Part shown: positions 20,951 to 31,287 of the stretch, piece after piece
Position numbering within the stretch: position 1 is the stretch's first letter
How the letters are laid out: each line of letters starts with the position of its first letter
Assembly (NCBI GenBank): GCA_963663965.2
Contig: CAXXFK010000040.1
Span: forward strand, 32,001-96,000
Source of the DNA: Sedimentisphaerales bacterium
GTDB taxonomy: Bacteria > Planctomycetota > Phycisphaerae > Sedimentisphaerales > SM23-30
Reading direction: 5' to 3'
Length of the DNA: 64,000 nt
Translations under genes and position numbers: made by a program
Notes under the pieces: model-generated
What the model was told of the DNA's origin: nothing
The model's database searches: none
What the model saw: only the letters and a program-made list of their open reading frames with translations

Positions 20951-22277
20951 TGGTTGAAAACATTGTTCCCAAAACCGGACTATTTGATCTTAAATGCCCG
21001 CCGGGGCGTTTTGATAACTGGACTAAAAAGAAGTTGTTTGAACATTTGTCTGCTATTCAATCTGGCCGATTGACCCATTACAGGAGTCAGGGCAGACATA
21101 TAATTTTGGCCAGGTGAAGTCCCCGGAAGATCTAGATGTCGCAATAACCGTACACCACAGCCGATTTTACTCAGCAACCGTCTTGGGTGGCGCCATTGGC
21201 TTCGCCCAAGCCTATATGCTGGGCTTGTGGAATTGTAATCAACTGACGAATCTGATTCGTCTTTTTGCAAGAAACGCTTCTTCGCTTGATGGCGTCGAAG
21301 GTCTCCTGACATGGTTGAGGCGATTTCGCGAAAAAGTGTTTCATCGACTCCATGCTAACTCGCCAATCGGCAGCCGCAAAAATATACAAGCTCATTATGA
21401 CTTGGGTAACAGTTTTTATGAGCTTTGGCTTGATCCCACAATGACTTATTCATCCGGGCGTTTTCCTTTCCGATACAATCTCACTCCAACAAGCACAACT
21501 GGCTAAATATGAACGTCTGTGCCGGAAGTTGTCTTTAAGCCCTGATGACCATGTACTTGAGATCGGTACTGGTTGGGGAGGAATTCGCAGAATATGCGGT
21601 CACCAACTACGGCTGCAAGGTCACAACACGACAACAATTAGCGAGGAACAATATGCTTATGCAAAAAAAACGTTTTGCCAAAGCGGGATTAACCCAACAA
21701 GTAACCTTATTACAGCAAGATTACAGAGAATTGACCGGCCAATTTGACAAACTTGTTTCGATTGAAATGATCGAAGCGGTCGGACATCGGTATATCGATA
21801 CATTTTTTCGGTGTTGCAATCGATTATTGAAAAAAGAGGGCATGATGGCGCTGCAGGCGATAACCATTGCAGACCAGAAATTTAAACGTTATATTCAACA
21901 AGTCGATTTCATCCAGCGCTATATTTTCCCCGGCGGTTGTCTAACCTCGTTGACTCACATGTGCGACAGTTTAACGCGCCTGTACCGAGTTGAGATTGTT
22001 TGACCTTGAAGATCTGACAGCCTGTTATGTTACGACTTTATATCACTGGCAACAAAATTTTAGCAAGCATCTGGAATCGGTTCGCTCCTTCGGTTTTAAT
22101 GAATGTTTTATTCGCATGTGGATCTATTATCTTTCCTACTGTCAAGCTGGCTTTGCTGAACGAAATATCGGCCTGGTACAAATGGTGTTAACTAAAAAGC
22201 AGGTGTTTCCCTGGATTGATGTCATCGCTTTTGAAATAAATAATGTCCGACAAACCATTCATTACCCTTGGCGGTAA
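20950..22277 (+). CDS. Cyclopropane-fatty-acid synthase family SAM methyltransferase (UfaM/UfaA1-like), multiply frameshifted
   Basis: NIQAHYDLGNSFYELWLDPTMTYSS, VLEIGTGWG, FDKLVSIEMIEAVG, FIQRYIFPGG, MWIYYLSYCQAGF. Confidence 0.88.
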
Positions 22278-23260
22278 CCAAACAGTTCTGCGCAAGCCAT
22301 GAAAAAGACTCGCCATCGTTGAAACCAGCGATTGGCCTGCTCTGCTGAACCATAGGTGGATTTGAAAATATCAATAATCGCCAGTCGATGGATGTCCATG
22401 TTTTTTAGCCATGCTTCACAGGTTTTTCTGGTAATGCGCACCGCATATCCTCCAGTGATTTTCGATAACCAGATCGTCTTGAAAATGAAAAAATAAATCA
22501 TCCGATGGCATAATCCCTCCGGTAAAAAAGTATTTACTCATCCAGTTCTCATCACCCTCTGTTTCATACAAATAACTGTATTCACGATGACAGAAAATAT
22601 GAACAAACACCCTTCCATCAGATTTCAGCCAGGCAGCAAATATTTTTCAATAATTGCTGATAATTGTGCATGTGTTCAAACATCTCCACGGACACAATTC
22701 GATCAAACTGTTCGGATGTTTCGAATACATTTATATCCTTCGTGATGACTTCAATATTTGTAATATTCTTTTCGCGGCAACGTTTCTCAATAAACTCGCG
22801 CTGCAAGTTGGAATTGGAAACCGATGTAATATGACCGTTGGGGTAAGATTCCGCCATCCATATTGACAGACTGCCCCATCCCACAACCCAGCTCCAATAT
22901 CTTCATGCCATCCTTTAAACCCGCCCGCTGGGATGTAATCGACAGGGCTCTGACTTCAGCTTGATCAAGGTTTTCAACATCGTCCCCCCAGAGGCAACAA
23001 CTGTACTTTAAATGAGACCCCATTACTAATTTAAAAAATCCGGGCGGCAATTCATAGTGTTGCTGATTGGCAGTATCGGTTTCGATGGCGATTGGCTGGG
23101 TTGTTAAGAAATCGAACAGTTGCTTTTTTCTTTTCAGCCGTTCTGCAACATTGCCTTGCATTTCACGCTGCAGCGTTTGTTTATTCAAATGTCGAATCCC
23201 TACGCGGATAAGCGCATCCGGCAGGAGTCTGCGTTCCATTAAGTCAATCAGTAAATTCAT
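22222..23260 (-). CDS. Second CFA-like (coclaurine N-methyltransferase-like) SAM methyltransferase, frameshifted
   Basis: ANQQHYELPPGFF...HLKYSCC, ILELGCG/WGSLS, FDRIVSVEMFEHM, YFFTGGIMPS, RWRVFFMACAELFG. Confidence 0.88.
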
Positions 23261-24048
23261 AAATCCTCCTTTTTAAACATCCATGGAATAAACGGGGAGG
23301 TCGCCTGTTGGTATTTTTTGTAGTCTTCGCCCCGGCTGGCCAGTGCCTGCTGCTCGGTATAAGGGATCCCGGTTATCTTATAAAGAAACACTAGCATTAC
23401 TACTGGACCGAGCGCGGATAAAAACCACATCTCCGAACCAAACGCTAAGAACAAGTAAGTAAACCAGTGAAGCCATTCAAAAAAGTAATTGGGATGTCTA
23501 CTATATCGCCACAATCCCTTTCGGCAGGTTTTGCCTTGGTTGTCAGGATTCCTTCGAAACGCCTCCAACTGCCAGTCAGCAACCGCTTCTCCTGCAATTG
23601 CACCGATTGCGATAATGACAGCGACAACATCATACCACTGTCCGGCAGGAATCGTACTGAATGCTACGGGCAAAAAAGGTATCGAAAACAAGGCGGTACC
23701 GAAAGCCTGAAGCTGGTAAAAGTAGAAGAATTTTTGTTGTGCCTTGTTGCTCCACTCGGAACGCAGCATTTGGTATCGCCCGTCCTCGGGTTTTCCATAA
23801 GCACGAATAAATAGGTAGACAGCCAGCCGAAAGCTCCAAAAACAGGCCAATACCATTAAAAGAATTCTACGGCTCCAATCCCCATTTCCTGTGATGCCAT
23901 AAGTCAACGCAAGGCATCCCACTCCAGCAGCCCAGACAATATCCACGGCAGTGGCGTTTTTGCTTTTCTTTTGAAACCGGTAAAATAAATACATGATGAC
24001 TGCCATCGCAGTCCAGCCGGAAATAAACAGCATGAACATGTTCTTCAC
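23257..24048 (-). CDS. DUF1295 (steroid 5-alpha-reductase-like) membrane protein
   Basis: EDGRY, EAVADWQL, GLWRYSRHPNYFFEWLHW. Confidence 0.9.
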   Translation of the reverse strand: MKNMFMLFISGWTAMAVIMYLFYRFQKKSKNATAVDIVWAAGVGCLALTYGITGNGDWSRRILLMVLACFWSFRLAVYLFIRAYGKPEDGRYQMLRSEWSNKAQQKFFYFYQLQAFGTALFSIPFLPVAFSTIPAGQWYDVVAVIIAIGAIAGEAVADWQLEAFRRNPDNQGKTCRKGLWRYSRHPNYFFEWLHWFTYLFLAFGSEMWFLSALGPVVMLVFLYKITGIPYTEQQALASRGEDYKKYQQATSPFIPWMFKKEDL

Positions 24049-24244
24049 GAAAAATCCTTATTTCGAACTGCAAGTATCCACATTATACCCTCAATCCCCA
24101 TATATTATAGCATAAATTTCTTTTGTCGTCATTTACTATTTATATTCAATATAGCATTGCAAGGCAGAGTATTTTTAACTTGCGAAGCCCTGAGTTACTG
24201 GGTAGCATGATTGTAGGTGTTTGATCCGTTTTAGGAGATACATT

Positions 24245-24664
24245 ATGTCACTGTCAAAAATTCTTATCACTTACCTCATTTCCGTTCCGATTTTTTTAAT
24301 CATTGACGGCGTCTGGCTGGGAGTCATTGCAGGCGGTTGGTATCGAAAAACACTCGGTCATTTACTTTCTTCTACGGTAAACTGGACTGCGGCAATCGTA
24401 TTCTATTTGCTTTTTCTTGTGGGATTGCTGGTCTTCTCCTTAATTCCGGGAATCAGCAAACAATCTCTCGTTCACACCATTGCTTTGGCCGCCTTGTTCG
24501 GGTTTGTCAGCTATGCAACCTATGACCTTACCAACCTGGCAACCCTTAAAGACTGGCCGCTTACAGTAACAATCATCGACTTGATTTGGGGAGCATTCCT
24601 GTCGGCTTCAACGGCAGCCATCACTTATCTGATAATAACTCGTATTTTTTATAAGCCGGTTTAG
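24245..24664 (+). CDS. DUF2177 membrane protein
   Basis: IDGVWLG, AAIVFYLLF, FGFVSYATYDLTNLATLKDWP...DLIWG. Confidence 0.9.
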   Translation: MSLSKILITYLISVPIFLIIDGVWLGVIAGGWYRKTLGHLLSSTVNWTAAIVFYLLFLVGLLVFSLIPGISKQSLVHTIALAALFGFVSYATYDLTNLATLKDWPLTVTIIDLIWGAFLSASTAAITYLIITRIFYKPV

Positions 24665-24737
24665 TTGGTAGGCAACAAAGAGAGGTCCCATCTCTCTCCC
24701 AACATAATCCCCCATTTTAAATTTATCATTATTCATT

Positions 24738-24764
24738 CTCGAACTGACTATCGGTCAGTTTGAG
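24738..24764. repeat. Fused pair of IS701-like terminal inverted repeats (empty scar)
   Basis: CTCGAACTGACT+ATCGGTCAGTTTGAG; the last 15 bp equal 27013-27027 and the first 11 match 25672-25682 with one mismatch. Confidence 0.75.
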
Positions 24765-24767
24765 TTA

Positions 24768-24789
24768 ATGGAAGAGGTCATGGGGTAGG
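24768..24789 (+). repeat. Junction J6: last codons of the tyrosine integrase
   Basis: ATGGAAGAGGTCATGGGGTAGG versus ATGGAGGAGGTCATGGGGTAGG at 47496-47517 (MEEVMG*). Confidence 0.8.
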
Positions 24790-24844
24790 TATTAAACACA
24801 AACATCATTTGACTGTGGTATTATGCACTTAATGTGTATTTGAA

Positions 24845-25459
24845 TTATTCCAAAGAGCCTTTACTGTTTATGTAACTTACTGTTTCGCTCAATGAAAGTC
24901 CTCTGCTTCCTGGCCCCACCCTTATGTAAAATTCTTCTTCGCCCGGTTTAATTCTAAGGTAGACTGGGGCATCGGCTTTGCGGCAGTCAGCCACAATGAT
25001 AGTTTTGTCTTCAAGAGTAAATGCTTTAAAGGTGATGAACTTTGCAAGAGCCAAACCTATATGCTGTTTTATGAGATTGTTGAAGTGAAGAAGGAGTTTG
25101 TCTTCATTCGGGAAGTTATCCAGATAAGTTCCAAGAATATTTCCGTTGTCCTCTACTCCTACGATGAGTGTTCCCCCCTCTGAGTTCATGAATGCAACAA
25201 GTGTTTTCATCGATGCAAGCTCAATGTCTTTTCCCTGTTGATTTGCTTTGATATTCCTACGGAGGGTTGATTTGAATTCCAAGTGATCGTTTTCACCTGC
25301 GTCGATAGTTTTAAGTAGAGTTTGGTTGTCCATTTCTGCGAGCATTGGTGGAAGTGATGATAGCTTTAATTCGATCTCATAACGTCGCCAGAGGGAAAAA
25401 GTTGCAAGTACCCTCTTGTACCATCCTCTCTGGAAAGAACATAACCACAAGCCAAACAT
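24845..25459 (-). CDS. Schlafen/AlbA_2 domain protein, possibly 5'-truncated
   Basis: GENDHLEFKSTLR, KTLVAFMNSEGGTLIVGVEDNG, EEFYIRVGPGS. Confidence 0.85.
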   Translation of the reverse strand: MFGLWLCSFQRGWYKRVLATFSLWRRYEIELKLSSLPPMLAEMDNQTLLKTIDAGENDHLEFKSTLRRNIKANQQGKDIELASMKTLVAFMNSEGGTLIVGVEDNGNILGTYLDNFPNEDKLLLHFNNLIKQHIGLALAKFITFKAFTLEDKTIIVADCRKADAPVYLRIKPGEEEFYIRVGPGSRGLSLSETVSYINSKGSLE

Positions 25460-25671
25460 TGATAACGATCAACCATGCCAGGCATCAATCGGCCCATAGT
25501 CAAAATCACCGTCCTCGTCAATATTTAGAACCTCACTGCTGTAAGGCCCATCCCTGGTTTGTTTCAGCAATTTCAATTAAACCAGAATATCTTTCACTTT
25601 TAAAGAGGGAAAATCAGGAATTATACATTATATACGGATTATTGTAGTGAAAGAGAAATATTTGTAATTTA

Positions 25672-27027
25672 CTCAAACTGACCGATTGAAGGATTTTAGA
25701 TGATAGTAATAGTTCAACAAAAAAGGCCTTTCCAGCCGATAAGTGTAGTGCAAACAAACATTTACTGGCAAGGAGGCCTTATGCTTACTATCGGCAAAAT
25801 CCCGCAAAAAATCAAGCGTTTTTTTCAACCTGTCCAGAGGCAGGTTTCCGAACATGTTTTCGCCTATTTCTGGGAGTTCGTTGTGGCCTTTTCCGTCAGT
25901 CATGGCCACACCATTGAACGGCTGATGGACTGCCTGCGGGACACCTCGCATCGCACCAATCATGGCGAATTCCTCTGGCGCAGCCAATGGGATGAGGCCT
26001 GGACCTTGCGCGCCATCGCCCTGGACACTCTTAAACGGCTCTATCGCAAAGACTGTCCGGACTGCTACCTGATTCTCGACGACACCCAAACCATCAAACG
26101 CGCCAAAAAGATGCAGGCCGTCGGCAAGATCTACCATCATGCCAACAAGACCTACTGTACCGGCCATACTATTCTGAAGGCCTGTTTGTTTTACCGGGGC
26201 GTCACCCTTCCCTGGGGCAACTGGCTTTATCTCAAAAAAGAGCAGGCCCAACGGCTGCAGTTGCCGTTTGAAAAACTCACGAATCTGGCCGCCCAAGCCA
26301 TCCGGCAGGCGCAATTTCCCACCCCATTGCGAATCACGGTGCTGTTTGATTCCTGGTATTTGTGTCCTCAGGTAGTACAGGCCTGCCAGGAACGCCGCTG
26401 GCATTATATCAGCGTGGCTAAAAAAAACCGGACTTTGATGGTTCCAGGGGTGGGCAAAAAAGCGGTTGGAACCTATGGCCGCAATGTTCTGAAAAACTCC
26501 GGCCATTCCTGCAGCATTACGGGATTGCGTAAATCGCTGCCTTATCGCATCGCCGAGCGGCGGGGCCGCATGGGCAAACTGGGTGAGGTCCGGGTGATCT
26601 TCTCGCAACGCCGGAACGAGTCTCAGTTTGTCGCGTTGGTCACCGATCATTTCAACCGGGCGCTGCACAAACTCGTTGCCGATTATCTGAAACGTTGGTC
26701 CATCGAAATGCTGATCAAGGATGAGAAACAGCATCTCGGGCTGGGCGACTACCGCGTCCTGCGGTACCAGGCGATAGTTAGACACCTGAGCCTGGTTGAT
26801 TGCGCCTATGCCTGCCTGACCCATGTTGGCTTGAATGACCAACATGCACAAGGCCACCTCCACACCAAGCCAGTGCTGTTTCTGAAACCCATCAGCAAAC
26901 TGAAGGAGCAGTTGCGTCAGATTGTCTGGCAGGAAGAAGTTAAAAATGTAATCAAGGTATTGCATGAACGAAAAGTGATAAACCGATTGGAAAAGCTGCT
27001 CAAGGCTTCATGATCGGTCAGTTTGAG
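25672..27027 (+). mobile_element. Complete IS701-like element (1356 bp)
   Basis: Perfect 15-bp TIRs CTCAAACTGACCGAT / ATCGGTCAGTTTGAG; direct repeat TAATTTA at 25665-25671 and 27028-27034. Confidence 0.92.
25781..27013 (+). CDS. DDE transposase, IS701-like
   Basis: AGGAGG RBS; YLILDDT, VLFDSWY, YLKRWSIEMLIKDEKQHLGLGDY. Confidence 0.92.
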   Translation: MLTIGKIPQKIKRFFQPVQRQVSEHVFAYFWEFVVAFSVSHGHTIERLMDCLRDTSHRTNHGEFLWRSQWDEAWTLRAIALDTLKRLYRKDCPDCYLILDDTQTIKRAKKMQAVGKIYHHANKTYCTGHTILKACLFYRGVTLPWGNWLYLKKEQAQRLQLPFEKLTNLAAQAIRQAQFPTPLRITVLFDSWYLCPQVVQACQERRWHYISVAKKNRTLMVPGVGKKAVGTYGRNVLKNSGHSCSITGLRKSLPYRIAERRGRMGKLGEVRVIFSQRRNESQFVALVTDHFNRALHKLVADYLKRWSIEMLIKDEKQHLGLGDYRVLRYQAIVRHLSLVDCAYACLTHVGLNDQHAQGHLHTKPVLFLKPISKLKEQLRQIVWQEEVKNVIKVLHERKVINRLEKLLKAS

Positions 27028-27036
27028 TAATTTATA

Positions 27037-30000
27037 TTAATTAATCCAATTCTGAACTAATATATAATAGTCAAACAGGTTTGTAATACCATCACTATTG
27101 ATGTCTGTTCGGGAGTCAACTTTTAACCAACGCTCAGCAAAATAGGATAAGTCTTCAGAGTCTACTCCATCAGGACATAGAAAATCTCCGGCCGAATCGT
27201 ACTCCCACGCCAAACGCGGATACCCGGCCCCATCGACACACATCCGCCAAATATCCTCAACCCCGTTAATATGCTCCCCAACAAAATCCCAACCAACATC
27301 CGTAAAGGTTGCTTGCATTTGCATTTGATTTGTTGTTAGCCCCACCATACCATCGGTATCATAATCTGGTTCGTCCGGGTCAGGAATGCCGCTTGCAACA
27401 ATGTCCCAAAAACAGTTGAATGTATTACCCATATAGCCTACCAATCCTCCAACCATATACCCCTCGCCGGAAACCGACGCGTTTGAATAGCAATTATTAA
27501 TATTAGCACCTCTTCCGTTACCCACTAGACCGCCAGTGTAAGCATTACCAGTAACCGATCCGTTCGAATAACAGTTACTGATATCACCTCTACCATAGCC
27601 CACCAGACCACCAATACTTCCGTATCCTTTTGTTATCCCACTTGAATAGCAATTGTCTATGATACCTGAGTTCTTTCCTACAAGACCACCAATGTCTGTG
27701 CCACCGCCACTATTGGTGGTGCTAGTTGAATAGCAATTAATAATTCGACCATCATTATCGCCCACTAAGCCACCGATCCTACTCGAACCATATGGACCAT
27801 TATAAGATGCATTAGAATAGCAATTCGTAACACTGCCAATGCTATTCTTGGCAATCAGTGTGCCGCTAAAATTTCTTCCTACCATACCCCCAATATCCCC
27901 GTTCCCTGCAACGGTTCCACTTGAATGGCATCGATTTATATTCCCAATATTATCGCCCACAAAAGCACTTACACTATAATACCCAGTTACTATACTATTT
28001 GAATAACAACCATTTATACTACCAGCATTAAAACTTACTAAGGGAGCGACGCACAAACCTGTTCCTGAACCTGTAATAGAAGCATCTTGAATACTAAGAT
28101 TATTAATATTACCATCAATTCCAAGTTGAGCAAATAATCCTAAATATCCTCCTCCTTCAATAGTAAGATTTAATACAGAAAAGCCGTTACCATTAAATTT
28201 TCCGTAGAAACTATCAACGACAGCCGTTGACCATTTGATACCATGTAAATCGATATCAGCTTTCAGGTCATAGCAAGCTCCTCTATCATAGTGATGAATT
28301 GCACCAAGTTCCTCTGCGGTAGAAATCTGATATGGATTTTCCTTGCTGCCATCGCCATCTAATGCGGTCGGAACATAGCTTGTTGTAAAAACAGTTAACT
28401 CCGGATACCCTCCTCCATCAGGCAACTGCCATATCTGACTAGTTCCGTTAGCAGATTCACCGATAAAATCCCATCCGGTGTCTATGAAAGTACTGAGGGA
28501 ATGCATCTGATCAGTTGTTTTCCCTGTTCCGGCATGACTTGTTGTCATGCCGGAAGTTTCAACATCCCAATAGCTGTTGATAGTAATACTGTTATCATAG
28601 CCTACAAGACCGCCTGTATTAGAATTGCCAGTAACAAGGCCGATCGAATAACAGTGTGTAACAACGCCAATGTTATAACCAACCAAACCACCTGTGTTTG
28701 CATTACCAATAATTGTGCTACTCGAATAACAATTACTAATTACACCTCCATTTTGGGTTGGAACGCCACCATTAGTTCCTACCAATCCACCTGATGCGTA
28801 TATCCCGTTAACATTTCCGGTTGAGTAACAACCGGAAATGATACCACCATTTGATCCTACTAAGCCACCAGCATATGAACCTTCAATAAAAGTACTCGAA
28901 TAGCAATTAGTGATACTACCCAGCATATTATCAGCTACCAAAGAAGCTACAAGTCCTCCCCCAATAACAGAAGCACTTTTAACCCTTAGATTGTCTATGT
29001 GCCCTCCAATACCTAGATGACCAAACAACGCCAAGAACCCTCCTCCTTCAATAGTAAGATTTAATACAGAAAAGCCGTTACCATTAAATTTTCCGTAGAA
29101 ACTATCAACGACAGCCGTTGACCATTTGATACCATGTAAATCGATATCAGCTTTCAGGTCATAGCAAGCTCCTCTATCATAGTGATGAATTGCACCAAGT
29201 TCCTCTGCGGTAGAAATCTGATATGGATTTTCCTTGCTGCCATCGCCATCTAATGTGGTCGGAACATAGCTTGTTGTAAACACAGTTAACTCCGGATACC
29301 CTCCCCCATCAGGCAACTGCCATATCTGACTAGTTCCGTTAGCTGATTCACCGGTAAAATCCCATCCGGTATCTATAAATGTTCTGAGGGAATGCATCTG
29401 ATCAGTTGTCTTTCCTGTTCCTCCATTACTTATTGCCGTACCGGACTTTTCAACATCCCAAAAACAATTGAAAATATTAGAGACATAGCTATTATCTCCA
29501 ATCAGTCCGCCGATACTGTAATTACCATTTACGGCACAATTCGAATAACAGTTGGTTATTGCACCTAAGTTCGTACCTATCAGGCCACCTATAAAATAAT
29601 TCCCGATCACATTGCCCCTCGAATAACAGTTGCTAATTCTCCCGTTGTAGTTCTGACCTACGAGTCCCCCGACAAAATTATTGCCCGCCACATCACCATT
29701 AGAGTAACAATTAGTAATATTACCTCCATAATTAGCACCTACCAGAGCAGCAATATAATCGCCTAATCCATCAATTGATGCATTTTCGATACCAAGAAAT
29801 CTAATCTCTGAATCATTATCAATTTTCCCAAATAGTCCCAGATAATACCCTCCTACAAAGCCTTTAACAATTGTTACATTTCGAATTATGTGTCCATTAC
29901 CATTAAAACTGCCTGAAAAAGGAATACCTCTGAAATCACTTTTATTGCCGCTGCTTGGTGAGATAACGGCATTTGTGAATGTTTGTCCAGCGAGATTGAT

Positions 30001-30240
30001 ATCGTTAACAAGCACAAAACACGCTGCCGGGTCACTGTTCACATCCAGAAGATCCTGAATTGTAGCTATTTGATAAGGGTCCTTAGCCGTGCCATCCCCA
30101 CCTGAAAAAGATCCACAATAAGCTGATTCTGATAGTAAAAATATAAGTACTATTGGTAACATAGTCCAAAGTATATTGACTTGTATTATCATGTTTTTTT
30201 TCATTTTGCCTTTCTCCATTAATGCTCTGAATAAAAGCAT
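27037..30240 (-). CDS. GLUG-repeat secreted protein with dockerin-like tail
   Basis: FSGGDGTAKDPYQI, many GGLVGxN...NCYSxG repeats, internal duplication, terminal DINSDGITNLFDY...NW. Confidence 0.9.
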   Translation of the reverse strand: MLLFRALMEKGKMKKNMIIQVNILWTMLPIVLIFLLSESAYCGSFSGGDGTAKDPYQIATIQDLLDVNSDPAACFVLVNDINLAGQTFTNAVISPSSGNKSDFRGIPFSGSFNGNGHIIRNVTIVKGFVGGYYLGLFGKIDNDSEIRFLGIENASIDGLGDYIAALVGANYGGNITNCYSNGDVAGNNFVGGLVGQNYNGRISNCYSRGNVIGNYFIGGLIGTNLGAITNCYSNCAVNGNYSIGGLIGDNSYVSNIFNCFWDVEKSGTAISNGGTGKTTDQMHSLRTFIDTGWDFTGESANGTSQIWQLPDGGGYPELTVFTTSYVPTTLDGDGSKENPYQISTAEELGAIHHYDRGACYDLKADIDLHGIKWSTAVVDSFYGKFNGNGFSVLNLTIEGGGFLALFGHLGIGGHIDNLRVKSASVIGGGLVASLVADNMLGSITNCYSSTFIEGSYAGGLVGSNGGIISGCYSTGNVNGIYASGGLVGTNGGVPTQNGGVISNCYSSSTIIGNANTGGLVGYNIGVVTHCYSIGLVTGNSNTGGLVGYDNSITINSYWDVETSGMTTSHAGTGKTTDQMHSLSTFIDTGWDFIGESANGTSQIWQLPDGGGYPELTVFTTSYVPTALDGDGSKENPYQISTAEELGAIHHYDRGACYDLKADIDLHGIKWSTAVVDSFYGKFNGNGFSVLNLTIEGGGYLGLFAQLGIDGNINNLSIQDASITGSGTGLCVAPLVSFNAGSINGCYSNSIVTGYYSVSAFVGDNIGNINRCHSSGTVAGNGDIGGMVGRNFSGTLIAKNSIGSVTNCYSNASYNGPYGSSRIGGLVGDNDGRIINCYSTSTTNSGGGTDIGGLVGKNSGIIDNCYSSGITKGYGSIGGLVGYGRGDISNCYSNGSVTGNAYTGGLVGNGRGANINNCYSNASVSGEGYMVGGLVGYMGNTFNCFWDIVASGIPDPDEPDYDTDGMVGLTTNQMQMQATFTDVGWDFVGEHINGVEDIWRMCVDGAGYPRLAWEYDSAGDFLCPDGVDSEDLSYFAERWLKVDSRTDINSDGITNLFDYYILVQNWIN
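28150..29421. repeat. Intragenic direct repeat of ~380 bp (28150-28530 and 29041-29421)
   Basis: Offset 891 bp (297 codons); first ~215 bp identical. Confidence 0.9.
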
Positions 30241-30606
30241 TTAATAGTTCGATATGACCATTGGAAAAAGTCAGTCCCCAAACCTAAGCACATCGACTAA
30301 CCTTTTTAACTACTTAACTATTTCCTACCCTCTCCTGCATGTAGTTCTCCAATTACAAGTTCCCCTATTATATAAAAACTACCATACCTATTTCAAGTAA
30401 AAATATATTATTATCGTCCCAAAGTGCACACCGCGTACCCTGAAGGTATGATATAACAAACTGGTGGCCATAGCTTTATCTCTTTATGTAGATATTTTTA
30501 ATGATCAGCGACAACCATTCTTGCCCTTGACGACAATTAAAAGTTCCCCAAAAATTGAAGTCAGAATAGACTATCTGAAACTCATTAACTCAGGGGATTT
30601 CCGATG

Positions 30607-30700
30607 ATCCCTACCCACTCACACCCCACTCAAAACCAGAATACAAATGACGCTGGTGGGACGCTGGAAATAGGTTGGTCGTGGAGAAAGGGTCGTGGAT
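30607..30700. repeat. Junction J7: second-arm copy joined to a degenerate integrase-end motif
   Basis: CCCCACTCAAAACCAGAATACAAATGACGCTGGTGGGACGCTGGAAATAGGTTGGT aligns with 17445-17500; the following GTGGAGAAAGGGTCGTGGAT loosely resembles ATGGAGAAGGTCATGGGGT. Confidence 0.7.
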
Positions 30701-31287
30701 AATTTATTAATAACTCCCTGTTAGAGACAATGAAAATGGTGATATATTGACAGAATAGGAGTATGGGAATATTCAACTTACCTGATGATTGAGTCATAAG
30801 TTGGAAAATACCTGAGTGTTCCTACTTTCTACTCAATAATTTGAGTCACATTGGTCTATCTATGCTATATATGAGTATTTCCAGTCAAATTGGAAAAATA
30901 TGCTGATTTTGGAGTAGGAGGCAGGGTTGTTAGAAGGGGGCAGGTTGTAGAATTCACTCTCCTGGTAGATGTTCAAGAAGCCATGAAGGTAGCTAAGGCA
31001 CTGGCTAAATATAACAAGGCCAGTTAGAACCATAGGGATTTAGTCATAATGTTCCTATCTCCCTCCTGGACAACTCAGAATTGTCCCAGATTGATTATAA
31101 TCTGAACGATGCTCCCCATTTATTGCCATGCCCATTCCTGGCTCATTGTGAGCCGTTTGTGGGGCAATAGGGAAAATGTAATTTCCCGTTACATCCCTAC
31201 TTGCCCATCCCCACCGATCGCTAAGTTTCCTTATTTAAAGATCATATCTGAGATTAGAATCAGGTAGAAACTGGACTGTTTTGTTTC

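Noticed and set aside
25673..26965. 430-aa antisense ORF
   Set aside because: It lies entirely opposite a well-formed transposase and has no recognisable motif; a shadow ORF.
28150..29421. Diversity-generating retroelement TR/VR pair
   Set aside because: The differences are not adenine-specific, both copies are in one ORF, and there is no reverse transcriptase.
30720..31260. Possible gene remnants after J7
   Set aside because: Short broken frames with no identifiable homology.
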